From Cycloclasticus sp. (lineage in GTDB: Bacteria; Pseudomonadota; Gammaproteobacteria; Methylococcales; Cycloclasticaceae), in assembly GCA_012959695.1 (NCBI GenBank), contig DUCS01000009.1:72016-136015 (forward strand): a stretch of DNA of 64,000 bases, read 5' to 3'. Below are positions 62,687-64,000 of the stretch, in pieces. A model generated the notes under the pieces. That model did no database searches. It worked only from the letters and a program-made list of their open reading frames with translations, and had not been told where the DNA came from. Made by a program: the position numbers and the translations under genes. Position 1 is the stretch's first letter. Every line of letters begins with the position of its first letter.

Positions 62687-63046
62687 ATGTGTATAGGATT
62701 ACCCATGCAAATAAAGGAGACTGGCTTTGGTTACGCTAAATGCGAAGGCATGGGCGTAAAAAGAACCGTCGACACCTTACTGATTGGCGACCAGCCTATT
62801 GGCACTTGGGTACTGGTCTTTCTTGGAAGCGCTAGAGAAGTACTCACCCCCGAAGACGCACAAAAAATCACCGATGCTGTCACAGCCGTTGATTTAATAA
62901 TGAGCGGAAACGGCCAATTATCCACGCAAGGCATGGAAGAAAATTCCATAGACGCCTTGTTCGCCGACCTGATTGACCGAGAACCACAAAAACCCCCTTC
63001 ACTAATCGCGTTTGAAGAAAGCCAACGCAAACTTAACGGAGAATAA
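62687..63046 (+). CDS. hupF: HypC/HupF family hydrogenase chaperone
   Basis: MCIGLPMQI N-terminus at ATG 62687, GTWVLVFLGSARE and DALFADLIDREPQ. Confidence 0.9.
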   Translation: MCIGLPMQIKETGFGYAKCEGMGVKRTVDTLLIGDQPIGTWVLVFLGSAREVLTPEDAQKITDAVTAVDLIMSGNGQLSTQGMEENSIDALFADLIDREPQKPPSLIAFEESQRKLNGE

Positions 63047-63047
63047 T

Positions 63048-63479
63048 ATGCCTTCCCCTTTAATTGAAAGCATGATTGAACAATATAGCTACCCTGTCTT
63101 GGATGAATCAACCATCGACGATTTCATAAACGCTCAAGATGAGAGCATTTTATTCTTTACTGAAAACCCAACGCGCTTCCCAGAAAGTGATGATGTTGCA
63201 ATGATTTTACCTGAACTTGTTTCTGAGTATGGAAACCGCTTTTCTGCCGCTGTCATCGAACAAAAGTCACAGCGTAAACTTCAAGGCCGTTTTGGCTTTA
63301 AAGAATGGCCAACGTTAGTTTTTCTTCGTAAAGGCCAATATTTAGGCGCTATCAGTCGTGTACAAGATTGGAACGATTACATTCTTGAAATTAACAAACT
63401 ACTCACATCTGCCCCTAAACCTACTCCAGGAATTGGCATTCCTGTTGTGCAAGCATCATCTGGCTCAGACTGCAGTTAA
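63048..63479 (+). CDS. hupG: Hydrogenase-1 expression protein HupG/HyaE (thioredoxin-like)
   Basis: RFPESDDVAMILPEL and WPTLVFLRKGQYLGAISRVQDW. Confidence 0.9.
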   Translation: MPSPLIESMIEQYSYPVLDESTIDDFINAQDESILFFTENPTRFPESDDVAMILPELVSEYGNRFSAAVIEQKSQRKLQGRFGFKEWPTLVFLRKGQYLGAISRVQDWNDYILEINKLLTSAPKPTPGIGIPVVQASSGSDCS

Positions 63480-63500
63480 CTTTATCCTTAGGAAGACACA

Positions 63501-64000
63501 ATGAAAAAAATACACATCCCTATCACTGTTGTAGGCCCCGGCTCACAACCCGCTGATGCTGATGGCTCTGAAATGACATTCATGAACATGCCGTCTGGCA
63601 TGACAACATTCGCTGCCCCCGTTATTCCTGAGCCAGAGGAAACAGTCGGCATGGAAAAAGCCATTGCGCTGGCTGACGACATTCAACAAGCATTAAATGA
63701 ACAGACCGCTGACAAAAAAGCAATCGTGTTTGAACTCGACTCGCTAGACCAAAGTAACAAAACGTTTATGGATCAGTTACTGAGTGACGGCGAAGTCAGC
63801 GCCCAATGCGGTGGAGACATCAATGCAGAAATTCAAGAGTCTGTACTTGCCGGTTTATGGCGAGTTCATTACTTAGATGATAATAAAAACATTATCCGAG
63901 ATACAATGGAAGTAGCTGCAATCCCCGGCATTATTAGTGAAATGACATTCCATAACGCTCAAGAAAACCTTGATGTGAACGCGTTAAATATCCCTGATAC
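63501..64000 (+). CDS. hupH: Hydrogenase expression protein HupH/HyaF (runs off the window end)
   Basis: Manual translation MKKIHIPITVVGPGSQP...LSDGEVSAQC...IQESVLAGLWRV, with no stop seen before 64000. Confidence 0.88.
   Translation, partial: MKKIHIPITVVGPGSQPADADGSEMTFMNMPSGMTTFAAPVIPEPEETVGMEKAIALADDIQQALNEQTADKKAIVFELDSLDQSNKTFMDQLLSDGEVSAQCGGDINAEIQESVLAGLWRVHYLDDNKNIIRDTMEVAAIPGIISEMTFHNAQENLDVNALNIPD

Overview
A 64 kb chromosomal segment of an AT-rich gammaproteobacterium. Gene content suggests a marine Thiotrichales/Cycloclasticus-like organism, but this is inference only. From 1 to 32 kb is a mosaic accessory/metabolic region. It holds a TPR protein, GST, an RluA-type pseudouridine synthase, a U32/RlhA-like protein, NYN and DUF1643 genes, a rearranged aniline-dioxygenase-like (Tdn/Atd-type) cluster, glpK, cysK/glutaredoxin, a PLP decarboxylase, trhO, yaeQ, an MCP, selO, an orphan NosR/NirI-like gene and an acyl-CoA ligase. 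From 32 to 49 kb is core backbone: sspBA, petCBA, hisCDG, murA, yrbG-kdsDC-lptCAB-rpoN-hpf-rapZ and mgtE, with ptsN and npr missing. At about 49.1-49.4 kb is the scar of an integrative element: a tRNA-Ser-type 3' end, arm-type repeats and a truncated integrase start. It is followed by an MFS-cyoABCD-SURF1 quinol oxidase module and an O2-tolerant group 1d [NiFe]-hydrogenase whose structural and maturation genes are transcribed divergently. The most notable non-coding signals are three: (i) a hairpin shaped like a tRNA anticodon arm (loop UU-UAC-GU) in the short 5' leader of trhO, whose product modifies U34 of such anticodons; (ii) a candidate three-stem sRNA with an exposed anti-Shine-Dalgarno segment; (iii) a ~420 nt highly palindromic element. 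All family assignments come from motif recognition by eye; no searches were run.
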